64,000 nucleotides of DNA from Desulfatiglandales bacterium (GCA_963662465.1 OY759599.1:4960001-5024000), one strand, 5' to 3'. Numbered from the stretch's first letter, positions 30,375-40,478 are shown. Notes: generated from the sequence alone by a model not told the origin. Made by a program: numbers and translations.

Positions 30375-30687
30375 AACCACTGGGGCAGCAAAGTTATTCG
30401 CCGGTCGGGGTGTCGCCTGGCTGGTTGATGGTCTGGTAAAAAGGACCTGAACCGAGAAACCGGATGAGGGAAATCTTCACGTCCGAATCTGCGGGGGGAG
30501 CGCCGGGCAACCGGTGCTTCTACCCGGAACCAGACGCCTGATACTTGGGCGGTCCTAGCGAGGGGGGCCGGAGGAGGCGCTGGTGAGCTTGTCGTTCCTA
30601 TAATGCACATCCTTTCGCTTGACTCCTTTGGAGATTTTTTCTAATCTCATGCTACAATCTACGCTTTTGCAAGGGGGGAATCGGATC

Positions 30688-32772
30688 ATGGCCGAAGAGA
30701 AAAGGATGAATTTCGGAAACCAACTGGCCCAGGAAAAAAGTCCCTACCTTCTACAGCATGCCGACAACCCGGTTCACTGGCTTCCCTGGGGAAGCAACGC
30801 CTTTGAAAAAGCAAAAGCCGAAGACAAGCCCATTTTCCTGTCCATTGGTTACGCCACCTGTCACTGGTGCCACGTGATGGCCCATGAATCCTTTGAAGAT
30901 GATGAAGTAGCTGCAATCCTGAATAAATATTATGTTTCCATCAAGGTTGACCGTGAAGAACGTCCCGATGTGGACAAAATCTACATGTCCGTATGTCAGG
31001 CCCTGACCGGTCGCGGCGGCTGGCCCCTCACCGTTCTCATGACCCCTGACAGCAAGCCTTTTTTTGCGGGGTCCTATTTTCCCAAAACCAGCCGAATGGG
31101 CATGCCGGGGCTGATGGACATCCTCAACCAGTTGGCCGCCATGTGGCAAAATGATCGAAACCGGATACTAATCTCAGGCGATAAAATTGTGGAGGCCATT
31201 CAACCCGGAGCGAACAGTGGTCCATCGACCTCACTGCCCGATAAAGAAATCTTGAAAACCGCCTACAATCAGTTGGCGCAAAGTTTTGACGCCCGGTGGG
31301 GCGGTTTCAACAAAGCCCCGAAATTCCCTACTCCCCACAACCTGACCTTCCTATTGAGACAACATCAACGGGACCCTGGCTCAAAAGCGCTTGAAATGGT
31401 GGAAAAGACACTGGATGCCATGAGAAACGGCGGCATCTTTGACCAGGTGGGCTTTGGGTTTCACCGGTACTCCGTGGATGACCAATGGCTGGCGCCCCAC
31501 TTTGAGAAAATGCTTTATGATCAGGCCCTGCTGGCCATGGCTTACATGGAGACCTATCAGGTCACGGGAAAAGACCGTTTTGCTCAGGTTGCCCTAGATA
31601 TTTTCACCTATGTATTAAGGGATATGACCGACCCCGGAGGGGGATTTTATTCCGCCGAAGACGCCGACAGTGAGGGAGAAGAGGGTCTTTTTTACGTGTG
31701 GACCCCGGCGCAGGTTAAAAAATGTCTCGGGGAGGAGCAAGGCGATCTCTTCTGCCGGTTTTACGACATTAGGGTCAATGGGAATTTTGAAGGGGGAAAA
31801 AGTATTCCCCACATAACACTTTCTCCGAAAGCATTTGCGGAGAAAGAAGGGATCGACCTGCAACACCTTTTAGCGCGCCTCGAAAACGCGAGAGAGAAAC
31901 TCTTTGATAACCGTAAAAATCGCATTCATCCCCTGAAAGACGATAAAATTATTACCTCCTGGAACGGATTGATGATTGCCGCCCTGGCAAAAGGGGCACA
32001 GGCACTGGGGGACACCCACTATACCGAAGCCGCCGAAAATGCCGTCCGTTTTATCCTCGAAAACCTTCGAGATCCAAATGGCAGACTGCTGCGTCGCTAT
32101 AGGGAACGTGAAGCCGCACTTCCCGCCTACCTGGACGACTATGCCTTCCTGGTGTGGGGACTGCTGGAACTTTATGAGGCCACATTCAATATTGTCTGGC
32201 TTGAAACGGCCATCCGGCTCAATCAAGATATGATCGATATTTTCTGGGACGAGGCGGACGGGGGCCTTTTTTTCACCGGAAAGGGGAATGAAAATCTGAT
32301 CACCCAAAGCAAGGAAGTTTACGATGGAGCACTCCCCTCGGGAAACTCAGTAGTAGCACTGAATTTTCTGCGATTGAACCGAATGACGGGAGATTCGGAT
32401 TTGGCGCAAAAACTCGACCGACTCATGGTCGCTTTTTCCGGACAGGTCAAGAATGTCCCCATGGCCCATACCCAGTTTCTGGCTGCCGTGGATTTCATGG
32501 TGGGTCCCGGTCGGGAAATCGTCATCACCGGAGATCTTGCCCTGGAGACTACCCGCGCCATGGCAAAAACCATTCAACAAAAGTTTCTGCCCAACAAAGT
32601 GTTGTTGTTACGACCGGATGAGAGACCGATTGCCGACAAATACATTGCCTTGGCGCCCTTTCTGGCGGGCATGCACTCTCAAAACCGGAAGCCGACGGTC
32701 TATATTTGCGAACAGTACGCCTGCAAGGCACCCGTTACAACCCTGGAGGATTTAGAGACCGCCCTCAACTGA
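30688..32772 (+). CDS. Thioredoxin-domain protein (YyaL/DUF255 family)
   Basis: [35 protein letters not shown]. Confidence 0.93.
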   Translation: MAEEKRMNFGNQLAQEKSPYLLQHADNPVHWLPWGSNAFEKAKAEDKPIFLSIGYATCHWCHVMAHESFEDDEVAAILNKYYVSIKVDREERPDVDKIYMSVCQALTGRGGWPLTVLMTPDSKPFFAGSYFPKTSRMGMPGLMDILNQLAAMWQNDRNRILISGDKIVEAIQPGANSGPSTSLPDKEILKTAYNQLAQSFDARWGGFNKAPKFPTPHNLTFLLRQHQRDPGSKALEMVEKTLDAMRNGGIFDQVGFGFHRYSVDDQWLAPHFEKMLYDQALLAMAYMETYQVTGKDRFAQVALDIFTYVLRDMTDPGGGFYSAEDADSEGEEGLFYVWTPAQVKKCLGEEQGDLFCRFYDIRVNGNFEGGKSIPHITLSPKAFAEKEGIDLQHLLARLENAREKLFDNRKNRIHPLKDDKIITSWNGLMIAALAKGAQALGDTHYTEAAENAVRFILENLRDPNGRLLRRYREREAALPAYLDDYAFLVWGLLELYEATFNIVWLETAIRLNQDMIDIFWDEADGGLFFTGKGNENLITQSKEVYDGALPSGNSVVALNFLRLNRMTGDSDLAQKLDRLMVAFSGQVKNVPMAHTQFLAAVDFMVGPGREIVITGDLALETTRAMAKTIQQKFLPNKVLLLRPDERPIADKYIALAPFLAGMHSQNRKPTVYICEQYACKAPVTTLEDLETALN

Positions 32773-32823
32773 AAGTAATGCATGACATTAGCAAAAATCT
32801 TTGCCGACACAAGGATTCAAAAT

Positions 32824-33699
32824 TTAAATTAAATTGACGGCATTTGGATCTAATCCCATGCCCCGTAACCAGTCTTGAATGGCCCTGAAAAGAAGCCGGT
32901 AGTATGCATCCATGCCGCCCAGTCCCCGCCGTCCAAAATAGTAATTGATCTCCAGAAAAAGCGGCAATGGAACCGGCTCCAAAAGGGGAAATACAAAATC
33001 CACGGCAGCCAGATTAATCCCCGTGCGTCTCGCCAGCGCCTGCGCCTGTGCCTTTCCTTTTTCCTGAAGCTCAGGTAACCACTCATGGTCAATGCGAGCG
33101 CCCTTGCTGATGGTAGTAATGACTTGTCCCACTTCGACGGGGCGTTTCCAGTAGCTTATAACCTGGTCGCCCATAATGACCGCTCGGAGCACATTCCCTC
33201 CTGAGGGCACAAAATCCTGCGTCACAAACCCTTTGTTTCCGTCCCCCTCCCGCAAAGCCATGGCACCCAACGCCGCCTCCAGGGATTCCCGTCCTTTTAC
33301 CATAAAAACGCCTTCGGCTTCGTGGCTCACATCGTCCTTGACCACAAAGGGAAAGGGATGCGGCATTCCAGCGGCGCCGAAAACGACATTTTTGAATGCC
33401 TCAACCGTCTTCCAACGAAAGGTTTTGGGATGAGGCAATTGAAATTCCTGGAACAAACGACTTTGTCCGACCTTACCGGGGTAGGCTTGGCGCATTTTAT
33501 AACTGGGAAACATGTTTATTCCGGCTTCGGAACACGCACTTACCAGGCTTTCCACCCGTCCCTGGGGTAAAATAACGGCCTGCGCGCCGCGAATCAGTCG
33601 GAGGTTTTCCTCATTGAGAGCGCGAGCTCCCAGAATAATCTGGCAGTCGGCTGTAAAACAGGGGTGAAAGGACAGGATCATGGCTGTTGTTGACCTCAT
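32824..33699 (-). CDS. RimK-like ATP-grasp ligase
   Basis: LPHPKT, PFVVK, QDFVP, LAAVDF, LEINY. Confidence 0.8.
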   Translation of the reverse strand: MRSTTAMILSFHPCFTADCQIILGARALNEENLRLIRGAQAVILPQGRVESLVSACSEAGINMFPSYKMRQAYPGKVGQSRLFQEFQLPHPKTFRWKTVEAFKNVVFGAAGMPHPFPFVVKDDVSHEAEGVFMVKGRESLEAALGAMALREGDGNKGFVTQDFVPSGGNVLRAVIMGDQVISYWKRPVEVGQVITTISKGARIDHEWLPELQEKGKAQAQALARRTGINLAAVDFVFPLLEPVPLPLFLEINYYFGRRGLGGMDAYYRLLFRAIQDWLRGMGLDPNAVNLI

Positions 33700-33838
33700 T
33701 CAGGTGGCTTCTGTTTCAGGCGATGTCAAGTGCGACACCCGGAACATCGGGTTCCGAACTAAAAAAACCGATGTTTGACTTTGTCTTTGCTTGTGACTAT
33801 ATTGGGGGACTTATACGATACAATCAAGGAGCAAAACA

Positions 33839-34084
33839 ATGCCTATTTATGAATTCAAATGCCTTGAGTGCGGTGAAGTTTTTGAAAAGCTGTTTATGAA
33901 CTCGGATGAAAAAGCCGATCTCTCATGTCCCAAGTGTTCGTCATACACCCTTCAAAAGGTGGCCAGCGCCACCAATTATGCCCTGGGTGTGGGACCTGGG
34001 GGCAATCAACCCAAGATGACAACCAAATCTTGCGGTTCGGGCAACCAGTGCATGACCCTGGACTTGCCGGGACCATCAAGATAA
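33839..34084 (+). CDS. FmdB-family zinc-ribbon protein
   Basis: MPIYEFKCLECG...CPKC. Confidence 0.9.
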   Translation: MPIYEFKCLECGEVFEKLFMNSDEKADLSCPKCSSYTLQKVASATNYALGVGPGGNQPKMTTKSCGSGNQCMTLDLPGPSR

Positions 34085-34362
34085 TGGATATGCCTGCCTT
34101 GCCACTGCTGAAACGGGAACTTGACGAAGATGATAAGTTCCATATCACGGATCTCTTTCATCGGGAAATTGCCGCCCGGCTTTTACGCATGGATGCACGA
34201 ATCGGAAACATCTGCTGTGAATTTGCCGGACCCCAGTACCGGAATTGGATACTTGAATTCAAATCCTCCCGGTGGGGGCTGGAAGTGGTTGATTTTGAAT
34301 ACGACGAAGACGCTAGAAGCTTCGATTTGCCATCACCTGTCACTATTTTGGAACGATATTGA
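34084..34362 (+). CDS. Hypothetical protein
   Basis: Coupled to both neighbours; MDMPALPLL...VVDFEYDED. Confidence 0.65.
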   Translation: MDMPALPLLKRELDEDDKFHITDLFHREIAARLLRMDARIGNICCEFAGPQYRNWILEFKSSRWGLEVVDFEYDEDARSFDLPSPVTILERY

Positions 34363-34364
34363 AA

Positions 34365-35462
34365 ATGTTTGATCAAAAATTTTTTGGAAGAGAACCGGTC
34401 CAAAGGGCCAAATGCCCTTTTTGCGATTTGCCCGTTGAAAAACCAAAAGAACTGGCCACCCGAAAACCCGGGGAAATGCCCGTCGGCATATGTTCATGCG
34501 GCGCCGTGTATGCCTGCGATGAAACCGGCCATAACCTGGGAGCGGCCCTGATTGAAGCCCTGCTGTTCGGCTGTAACATGGACTGGGACCTGGCATGGGG
34601 GCTGGTGGCGGATGAGGATTATAAACAAGAAATCCTTGAGAATTACGATCTCATCACACACCTGGTGATCCCTTCCGGAACCTATGAGGGCAGAAGAATA
34701 TCCGGGGCCCTTTATTTTATCCGGCTGCATCAGGAAGTGCAGGAAGTTACTGCCCAGGGGGCCAGGGAGCGACTGAATAACGCTGTCAACCATACACCCA
34801 GATCATGGGATAAACAAAGTCGCACCCACAACATGAGCAAGAAAGAGGTGGAAAAAAAGGTCAAGGCATACCAGATAGACCCCATACTGGATGCCGCTCG
34901 GAACGACAAAAAGGTCATCCGGTATCTTCAGCGCCTGCTCTATTCAGGGGACAGTCTGCTTCGCCACAGGGCTGCCGAAGCCCTTGGCCGCGCTTGCGCC
35001 ATTGTCGGAGACAAGGACCCGGGAATGGTTTCCAAACTCCTGCAGGGGCTTTTTTATTCTCTCACGGATACGGCGGCGTTTCCCCTGGGCGCTTTTGAGG
35101 CCATTGGTGAGATCATTACCCATCGGCCCGATCTGTATGGCGGATATACGGCCCAACTCTACCAGTTCACGGGGGATGTTAACCGCCGGATCGATGCTTT
35201 GAAAGCCCTCGGGAGAATTTCGACAACCCAGGCGCCTTTCATCCGCAAGCACACCCTCTACTTTTTTGCCTTTCTTGAAGACCAGGATCCTTCGGTCCGT
35301 GGATATACCACATGGCTCATGGGCAATATCGGGGCTCACGAAGCCGGGAAAGACATGGAAAAGCTTTTGGATGACCCCCATGAAATCGAGATCTACGAAA
35401 CCGGCAATATCCGAAAAATATCGGTGGGTCAAATCGCTTCAGAAGCTCTGAAGAAACTATGA
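34365..35462 (+). CDS. Zn-finger plus HEAT-repeat protein (DVU0298-like)
   Basis: CPFC...CSCG N-terminus; HEAT repeats RAAEALG and EAIGEII. Confidence 0.7.
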   Translation: MFDQKFFGREPVQRAKCPFCDLPVEKPKELATRKPGEMPVGICSCGAVYACDETGHNLGAALIEALLFGCNMDWDLAWGLVADEDYKQEILENYDLITHLVIPSGTYEGRRISGALYFIRLHQEVQEVTAQGARERLNNAVNHTPRSWDKQSRTHNMSKKEVEKKVKAYQIDPILDAARNDKKVIRYLQRLLYSGDSLLRHRAAEALGRACAIVGDKDPGMVSKLLQGLFYSLTDTAAFPLGAFEAIGEIITHRPDLYGGYTAQLYQFTGDVNRRIDALKALGRISTTQAPFIRKHTLYFFAFLEDQDPSVRGYTTWLMGNIGAHEAGKDMEKLLDDPHEIEIYETGNIRKISVGQIASEALKKL

Positions 35463-36601
35463 TTGTTTCATATCTATTCGCTTCCCCGGAAGGCGATATT
35501 CCCCTTGAACCGGAAGATCTGTCCAAACCGTTCCGCATAGCGCCCGAAAAAAACCACCCTGTTCTGACCCTTGGCAACTATTTTGATACCCTCAAGGCAT
35601 GTGTTTTGAAAAACCAGGGAGAACTCCTGCAACGCATACTGAAAAATGGACGGCATTGGCGCCTGGAGGATCTATGGAAAATCAAAATTCGCAGTGAAAA
35701 GCATGGCATCCTTTATCACGTGGCCGGCGTCGAAGTGTTTATAAAAGAAACCCGGACAAAATTTACACTGAGTACGGCCATTTCCAGGAAAGGCATTGAA
35801 TGCCTGGTACGCGAACATGACACGCTGGCTCATTTAAACAGTACCTTTGATTTATCATTTTTGCCGGAAATTTACGGCATCAGGGAATTGGCATATCAAA
35901 CGAAACAGGGAACAGCCGAAAAGATGGTCATCCTGATCGCCCAATGGTTTGAGGATTACCATGAATGGCATATGGTCATGGACCCGACGGACGGCAGACA
36001 AAAAATTCAAATCTGGGACTTGAAAAGAGGCCATCGATATGCTTCTTCCACTGAAGGATTTCACATTTTTGAGGAATCCTCCAAAATCCTGGCCCTTTAT
36101 TATGACGGTCGGGATTTCAGCCGGATTGGTGCCTGGCATCATGCGGCCGGAGACTTTATCATCAACGCTCGGGAGGATGGGGGAATAAATGTCAGGCTGA
36201 CCACCGTTCGGGAATACGAGCCGCTGCTGGAAACGGAAAATGCCGGCCCCATGATTGCCATGGCCTATTTTTTCCTGGATACAACGGTCAGGATGCGGCT
36301 CGACAGGCTGGATGGGGTCGGAGAAACGGTTTGGGCGGGCGATTTTGCCGTAACCGCCACCGTCAAGGGATTTATTGAAGGACTTCGTGCGCGGGAAATA
36401 AAAGGAAATGGTGTTGCGGGGGTCCGGACGGCGGACCTTCTTTCCCTGCTGCAATCTTTCGACAAACCGGAACTCAGCCAGGTTTTCGAGCCGCTGCTGG
36501 CCCATTACGCGGCACGGGGTTCAAATGACATGGGTCCCATAAGTGCCCACATTGCCGATCACATCAGCTGCCTGCGCCAAGCCCTTCAGGATTTTCATTG
36601 A
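35459..36601 (+). CDS. Hypothetical protein, possibly kinase-like fold
   Basis: 380-aa coupled ORF; KHGILYH, WHHAAGDF, RMRLDRLDGVG. Confidence 0.65.
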   Translation: MIVSYLFASPEGDIPLEPEDLSKPFRIAPEKNHPVLTLGNYFDTLKACVLKNQGELLQRILKNGRHWRLEDLWKIKIRSEKHGILYHVAGVEVFIKETRTKFTLSTAISRKGIECLVREHDTLAHLNSTFDLSFLPEIYGIRELAYQTKQGTAEKMVILIAQWFEDYHEWHMVMDPTDGRQKIQIWDLKRGHRYASSTEGFHIFEESSKILALYYDGRDFSRIGAWHHAAGDFIINAREDGGINVRLTTVREYEPLLETENAGPMIAMAYFFLDTTVRMRLDRLDGVGETVWAGDFAVTATVKGFIEGLRAREIKGNGVAGVRTADLLSLLQSFDKPELSQVFEPLLAHYAARGSNDMGPISAHIADHISCLRQALQDFH

Positions 36602-36645
36602 CCCGTTTGCATCATCCCGGATACCTATAATTCTCCTGCCCGTCC

Positions 36646-36670
36646 GTAGAGACAAGGCATGCCTTGTCTC
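36646..36670. repeat. GTAG-type REP palindrome, copy 2
   Basis: GTAGAGACAAGGCATGCCTTGTCTC. Confidence 0.75.
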
Positions 36671-36672
36671 AC

Positions 36673-37095
36673 CTATCGATCATACGGCGACAGTACTGGA
36701 ATAATTTGTTTTTTGTTTTTCCGATAGATGCCAAAATCAGTATCAATCGTAAAAACAGCGCTTTCGGCGTATACTTCTGCCATTTTCACCAGGCAGGCAT
36801 CTGCCAACGACATCGGAACATTGGAATATTTCCGCGAAAGCCAGGCCATTTGGCTTATATGCTCAATCATTCTAAAAGGAATATCCAAGATCCTTCGTTT
36901 AAGAAGTTCAAAAACAGCGATTTGTCCTCCATCAAAACCACCGAGAAGAAAACATGCCTCTGATAACACGGCTTCACACGTCAACAAAGGGGGCTCAATC
37001 TGCGCCCATTGCAATGTCGCCCACTTATGGTATTTGTCCCTGCCGTTAATAATCGCCACAAGAGGCCCGGTATCCAAAATAACACGTCGCTTCAT
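36673..37095 (-). CDS. vapC: PIN-domain (VapC) toxin
   Basis: ILDTGPLVA, EAVLSE, MSLADA, FTIDTDF. Confidence 0.9.
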   Translation of the reverse strand: MKRRVILDTGPLVAIINGRDKYHKWATLQWAQIEPPLLTCEAVLSEACFLLGGFDGGQIAVFELLKRRILDIPFRMIEHISQMAWLSRKYSNVPMSLADACLVKMAEVYAESAVFTIDTDFGIYRKNKKQIIPVLSPYDR

Positions 37096-37331
37096 TTGCC
37101 GTAACCACGCATGTGCTTTTGATGAAAAGACAGGTCCACCGGTCCCTTCACAGATCCCACAAGATCTTTAGCAAGATCTAAACAGGATCCCTTTGGGGCG
37201 TGAAGGTCTCCTGCTATAAATGTCTCAATGGCTTCTCTTAACAGTGCAGACCTGCTTTCACCTCTTTCCCTCGCCATGGAATCAAGATTTACAAGCAATG
37301 ATTCCGACAACTTGAGTGACAATGTTTTCAT
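37092..37331 (-). CDS. Ribbon-helix-helix antitoxin
   Basis: MKTLSLKL...SRSALLREAI; overlaps the toxin start. Confidence 0.85.
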   Translation of the reverse strand: MKTLSLKLSESLLVNLDSMARERGESRSALLREAIETFIAGDLHAPKGSCLDLAKDLVGSVKGPVDLSFHQKHMRGYGK

Positions 37332-37457
37332 AACACCCTCCCCTTATAATACCATCCTGACCGAAGGGTAATACCACGGCGATTTTATGTCAAGAATATA
37401 ATGAGAAGCAAAATGCCCTTGATGGGGGAATGGGAGTGGCCGAAACGATGATCAAAG

Positions 37458-38111
37458 TCAGCTGCCTGCGTCAGGCCCTTCAGGATTTTCATTGACCAGA
37501 TCTTCCACGGTTGTCTTGATGATTTTCGGAATAGAGATCAGCAGGGATGCCCTTTCCTCGGCAGAATCATTTTTGATATTCTCCAGAAGGTCCCTGGATA
37601 ATTCAAACAGCTCCTTCTGTACCCCATCCATGTTAAAGATGGGATAGGCCTGACCCTTCTTGAAGCCGGTGCTGCCGCAAATCCGCGGCACCCGATGGAC
37701 CATGGTGGGAATACCGTAAACCCGACAGGTGATGGGGCGATAAGGGTACAGAATGCAAGCGTCTTCATCGTTGAGCAGGGGACAGCGAATTCTCGCTCTG
37801 GCCATGGAATAGGCACTCATCTGGGGATCATCCCTGAACTCCCCAAGGGTTCTTTGAAGAATTTCAAGCTCCTTTTCCGCTGCAAGCCCCCTTGCCAGGG
37901 CCGCATTTTTCTCCGTTTCCCCAAGCTGATCGAAATCATGCTTCAAAAAAACGGCTTCGATCAGAAAAAGTCCAAACACGGCGTGACAGCAATCCGCGCA
38001 GCCGGGCTTGCAGGCAATACAATCCGGATATTCCCTTGCCATCCGCTCAAAGGACTTGTCTGCTCGACTGACCAGTCTATCGTAAGGCTCAAATAAATAA
38101 GAAAAATCCAT
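37458..38111 (-). CDS. YkgJ family cysteine-cluster protein
   Basis: CKPGCADCC...CPLL...CILYPYRPITCRVYG. Confidence 0.9.
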   Translation of the reverse strand: MDFSYLFEPYDRLVSRADKSFERMAREYPDCIACKPGCADCCHAVFGLFLIEAVFLKHDFDQLGETEKNAALARGLAAEKELEILQRTLGEFRDDPQMSAYSMARARIRCPLLNDEDACILYPYRPITCRVYGIPTMVHRVPRICGSTGFKKGQAYPIFNMDGVQKELFELSRDLLENIKNDSAEERASLLISIPKIIKTTVEDLVNENPEGPDAGS

Positions 38112-38113
38112 TT

Positions 38114-38734
38114 TTATCGATGCGGCTCCAATGCTTTTAGAAACTCGGGATGAGGGTCAAGCCCTAAGGCAACCGCCTTGTCCAAATTTTCAATGGCCTT
38201 CGAATAATCACCCTTATTGTAATAGGCGGAGGCGAGGTTGTTCCGACCGAGAGCGAAATCAGGGGCAAGCGCCGCCATTTTTTCCCCGGTTTCAATGGCT
38301 TTTTCAATCTCATCATTTTGCAAATAGGCGTTGGTCAGATTGTTCCAGGCTTGAATAATCTCCGGATTCAGTTCAATGGCTTTGGTAAGGGCATTAATGG
38401 CCTCTTCGGTTTTCATCATCTGAAGATAAGCGAAACCGAGGTTGGCGTATCCCCGTGCGTATCGGGGCTCTATCTGAATCGCTCTCTCATTGACATGAAT
38501 AACCCTCTCCAGATCCCCCTTCTTAAAGTAAATATAACCCAGGTTAACAAATGCTTCAAACATTCGCGCGCTGTTTTCAATGGCGTCGTTAAAGGCGCCG
38601 ATGGCCTCATCCAGCTTTCCCTGTTCCATGAGGGAAACCCCCTCATTATATTGTGTGCTGGCGCATTCCGTATCTTCATCCCGTATTTGTTTTTGCTTGA
38701 AAATAAACTCTTCCGAGTCCTGTGGCGTCTTCAT
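38114..38734 (-). CDS. Tetratricopeptide repeat protein
   Basis: Repeated NLG/A TPR units. Confidence 0.9.
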   Translation of the reverse strand: MKTPQDSEEFIFKQKQIRDEDTECASTQYNEGVSLMEQGKLDEAIGAFNDAIENSARMFEAFVNLGYIYFKKGDLERVIHVNERAIQIEPRYARGYANLGFAYLQMMKTEEAINALTKAIELNPEIIQAWNNLTNAYLQNDEIEKAIETGEKMAALAPDFALGRNNLASAYYNKGDYSKAIENLDKAVALGLDPHPEFLKALEPHR

Positions 38735-38743
38735 GGTATACCT

Positions 38744-40072
38744 CTAAGCTTGGTTAAAATCAGAAGAAAAAAAACTCTTCATAACGTTAATAAATTCTTC
38801 TCCGCGATGGGCGGTGGACGGCTTTGATTTTTCAGATACCAGCACATCCTTCTTTAAAAAGGGCAAAAAATCCGACACCCCCGGAACCACGACCCTGACA
38901 ACGGGAAACCCCAAAACAGGATGAGTATGGTTCAAAATAATCGCGTCGGTTTTCAAATGTCGGCAGATCCCCTTAAGGTCATCAATCTCTTCAAAGATGT
39001 CTTTGCATTTTTTTTCCCTGAAAGGCGTTGGCTTTCCATTTTCCAAAAATGAAATATCTTTCAACGCCACACCGCATCGCATGAGCATATAGTAATCATC
39101 AACCGCTGCCTTGCGAACCACCGCTTTATCAAAATTGGGCCTTGATTTTTTAAGTGTGGCACGCCCCTGTACGCCCTCCGTAAAACATCGGGTTAACCCC
39201 TCCATGAGGTTAAAAGATGCCCCAGGCGTGAGGACCCGGTGTTCGAGACGATCCGGGGCCAGGTTGTGGTTGGTGTACAAAACGCCGATCACCGGCAGCA
39301 TGCCGTCAAATGAAAGGTCCTTGATAAGCACTGAAATGTTCTGTTTCTCATAAAACCCGATCATTTCCTGAACAAAGGGGTCTTTCACGGTCCGGCTGTC
39401 GATGGTGGGGACTTCTTTTTCGGGTCTGACAACCCGAATCTGCACATATCGTTCAAATATCTCACAAGTGGCCTGCACAAGGGCTTCTTCAAGGGTATTG
39501 CCGGCGGCCATGCCATTGGACCCATGAATATAGTTGACAAAATTGACAGGCACCTTAATATTTTGCTGCTTCACCAGTGAAAAACCATCCACCCAATGAC
39601 GGCACATTTCGCTGTTTTTAATGCTTTGGATATCTTCTGTTGACAAATGGGTTTCCTTTTGCAGCAACGCTTCCACCGTCAACGGATGGTCCAGCTCATC
39701 CTGGTGGGCATTGACGTAACCTTCCATCCATTCAAAATTGAGAAACCGCCTGGCGTCCCGGCCATATAACGCCGGCATATTGAACCGAACCTGTTCTTCA
39801 AAGACCGGATAAAACATACCGGCACTCAGCCGTTCGGTCAATTCCGCCAATGCGCTGGCTTCACAAAGAGAAGCGGTTGTTCCCTTCCCTTCACAGATGA
39901 TCTTGATTGAATCAATCCAGATTTGCCCCCAGTAGAGATTGTCCGCTGCCTTGAATTGCCGGTATTCCGGTTGAAGGCGCAAGCGTTTAAACCCCTTCCG
40001 AATTCGGTCGATGGTGTTGGCGGGAATATCGCATTTCCCATAATCGTTTCTAACAAAGTTCCGCAATTTCAT
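38744..40072 (-). CDS. YcaO-like protein
   Basis: GKG...ASALAELTER, SNGMAAGNTLEEA...EIFER, TEGVQGR, PVVRVVVPG. Confidence 0.9.
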   Translation of the reverse strand: MKLRNFVRNDYGKCDIPANTIDRIRKGFKRLRLQPEYRQFKAADNLYWGQIWIDSIKIICEGKGTTASLCEASALAELTERLSAGMFYPVFEEQVRFNMPALYGRDARRFLNFEWMEGYVNAHQDELDHPLTVEALLQKETHLSTEDIQSIKNSEMCRHWVDGFSLVKQQNIKVPVNFVNYIHGSNGMAAGNTLEEALVQATCEIFERYVQIRVVRPEKEVPTIDSRTVKDPFVQEMIGFYEKQNISVLIKDLSFDGMLPVIGVLYTNHNLAPDRLEHRVLTPGASFNLMEGLTRCFTEGVQGRATLKKSRPNFDKAVVRKAAVDDYYMLMRCGVALKDISFLENGKPTPFREKKCKDIFEEIDDLKGICRHLKTDAIILNHTHPVLGFPVVRVVVPGVSDFLPFLKKDVLVSEKSKPSTAHRGEEFINVMKSFFSSDFNQA

Positions 40073-40162
40073 GCCGGATATCCCTTACATTTCCGCCGGA
40101 TCGAATTCATCTTAAACCCCATAAACCGGGAACCCATCCGTTAAACATCCAATCCACATGAA

Positions 40163-40204
40163 GCAAAAAGGCCGCAACCCAACCGGGACAGCGACCTCTT
40201 TGCT
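40163..40204 (-). terminator. Possible terminator after dsrD
   Basis: Imperfect GC stem AGGTCGC...GCGGCCT followed by TTTT on the minus strand. Confidence 0.45.
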
Positions 40205-40247
40205 ATCAGTTCGTCTTTATTGGTACAGCAAGCCAAAACAATCTTTT

Positions 40248-40478
40248 CTAATGATCTTCCGTTTGTCCTCTCCCTTTCATACCGTACATGGTGCTGCTGC
40301 CGGTGGAAAAATAGATCAGTTTTTCTTCAGTAATCAACGCAGTGGCAGCCTTTTTGATCATCCTGGCCTTGGCATCCGGAAGCACCTTCTGAACCGCTTT
40401 CTGGATGTCGTTAAAATAGAATTTGCTTTTTTTGCTATTTTCAGCAAATTCCATAATGGCTTTTTTCATGTCTTCCAT
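40248..40478 (-). CDS. dsrD: Dissimilatory sulfite reductase D
   Basis: KSKFYFND...YFSTGSSTMYG. Confidence 0.95.
   Translation of the reverse strand: MEDMKKAIMEFAENSKKSKFYFNDIQKAVQKVLPDAKARMIKKAATALITEEKLIYFSTGSSTMYGMKGRGQTEDH

Larger units (their letters stand above)
27997..30528 (+). mobile_element. Group II intron 2 (class E-like) inserted in the attC top strand
   Basis: 5' TCGCG; domain V AACCGGATGAGGGAAATCTTCACGTCCG at about 30457; 3' end CTACCCGGA with bulged A 7 nt from the end. Confidence 0.85.
27980..30600 (+). other. attC site split by group II intron 2 (halves 27980-27996 and 30529-30600)
   Basis: Rejoined sequence CTAAC-CAAGC-GCTCCACC-AGACGCC...GGCGCT-GGTGAGC-TTGTC-GTT has canonical spacing and one extrahelical base in L''. 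Confidence 0.85.
36564..37497. repeat. 40-bp direct repeats (36564-36603, 37458-37497) flanking the vapBC islet
   Basis: TCAGCTGCCTGCG(C/T)CA(A/G)GCCCTTCAGGATTTTCATTGACC, 38/40 identical. Confidence 0.9.
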
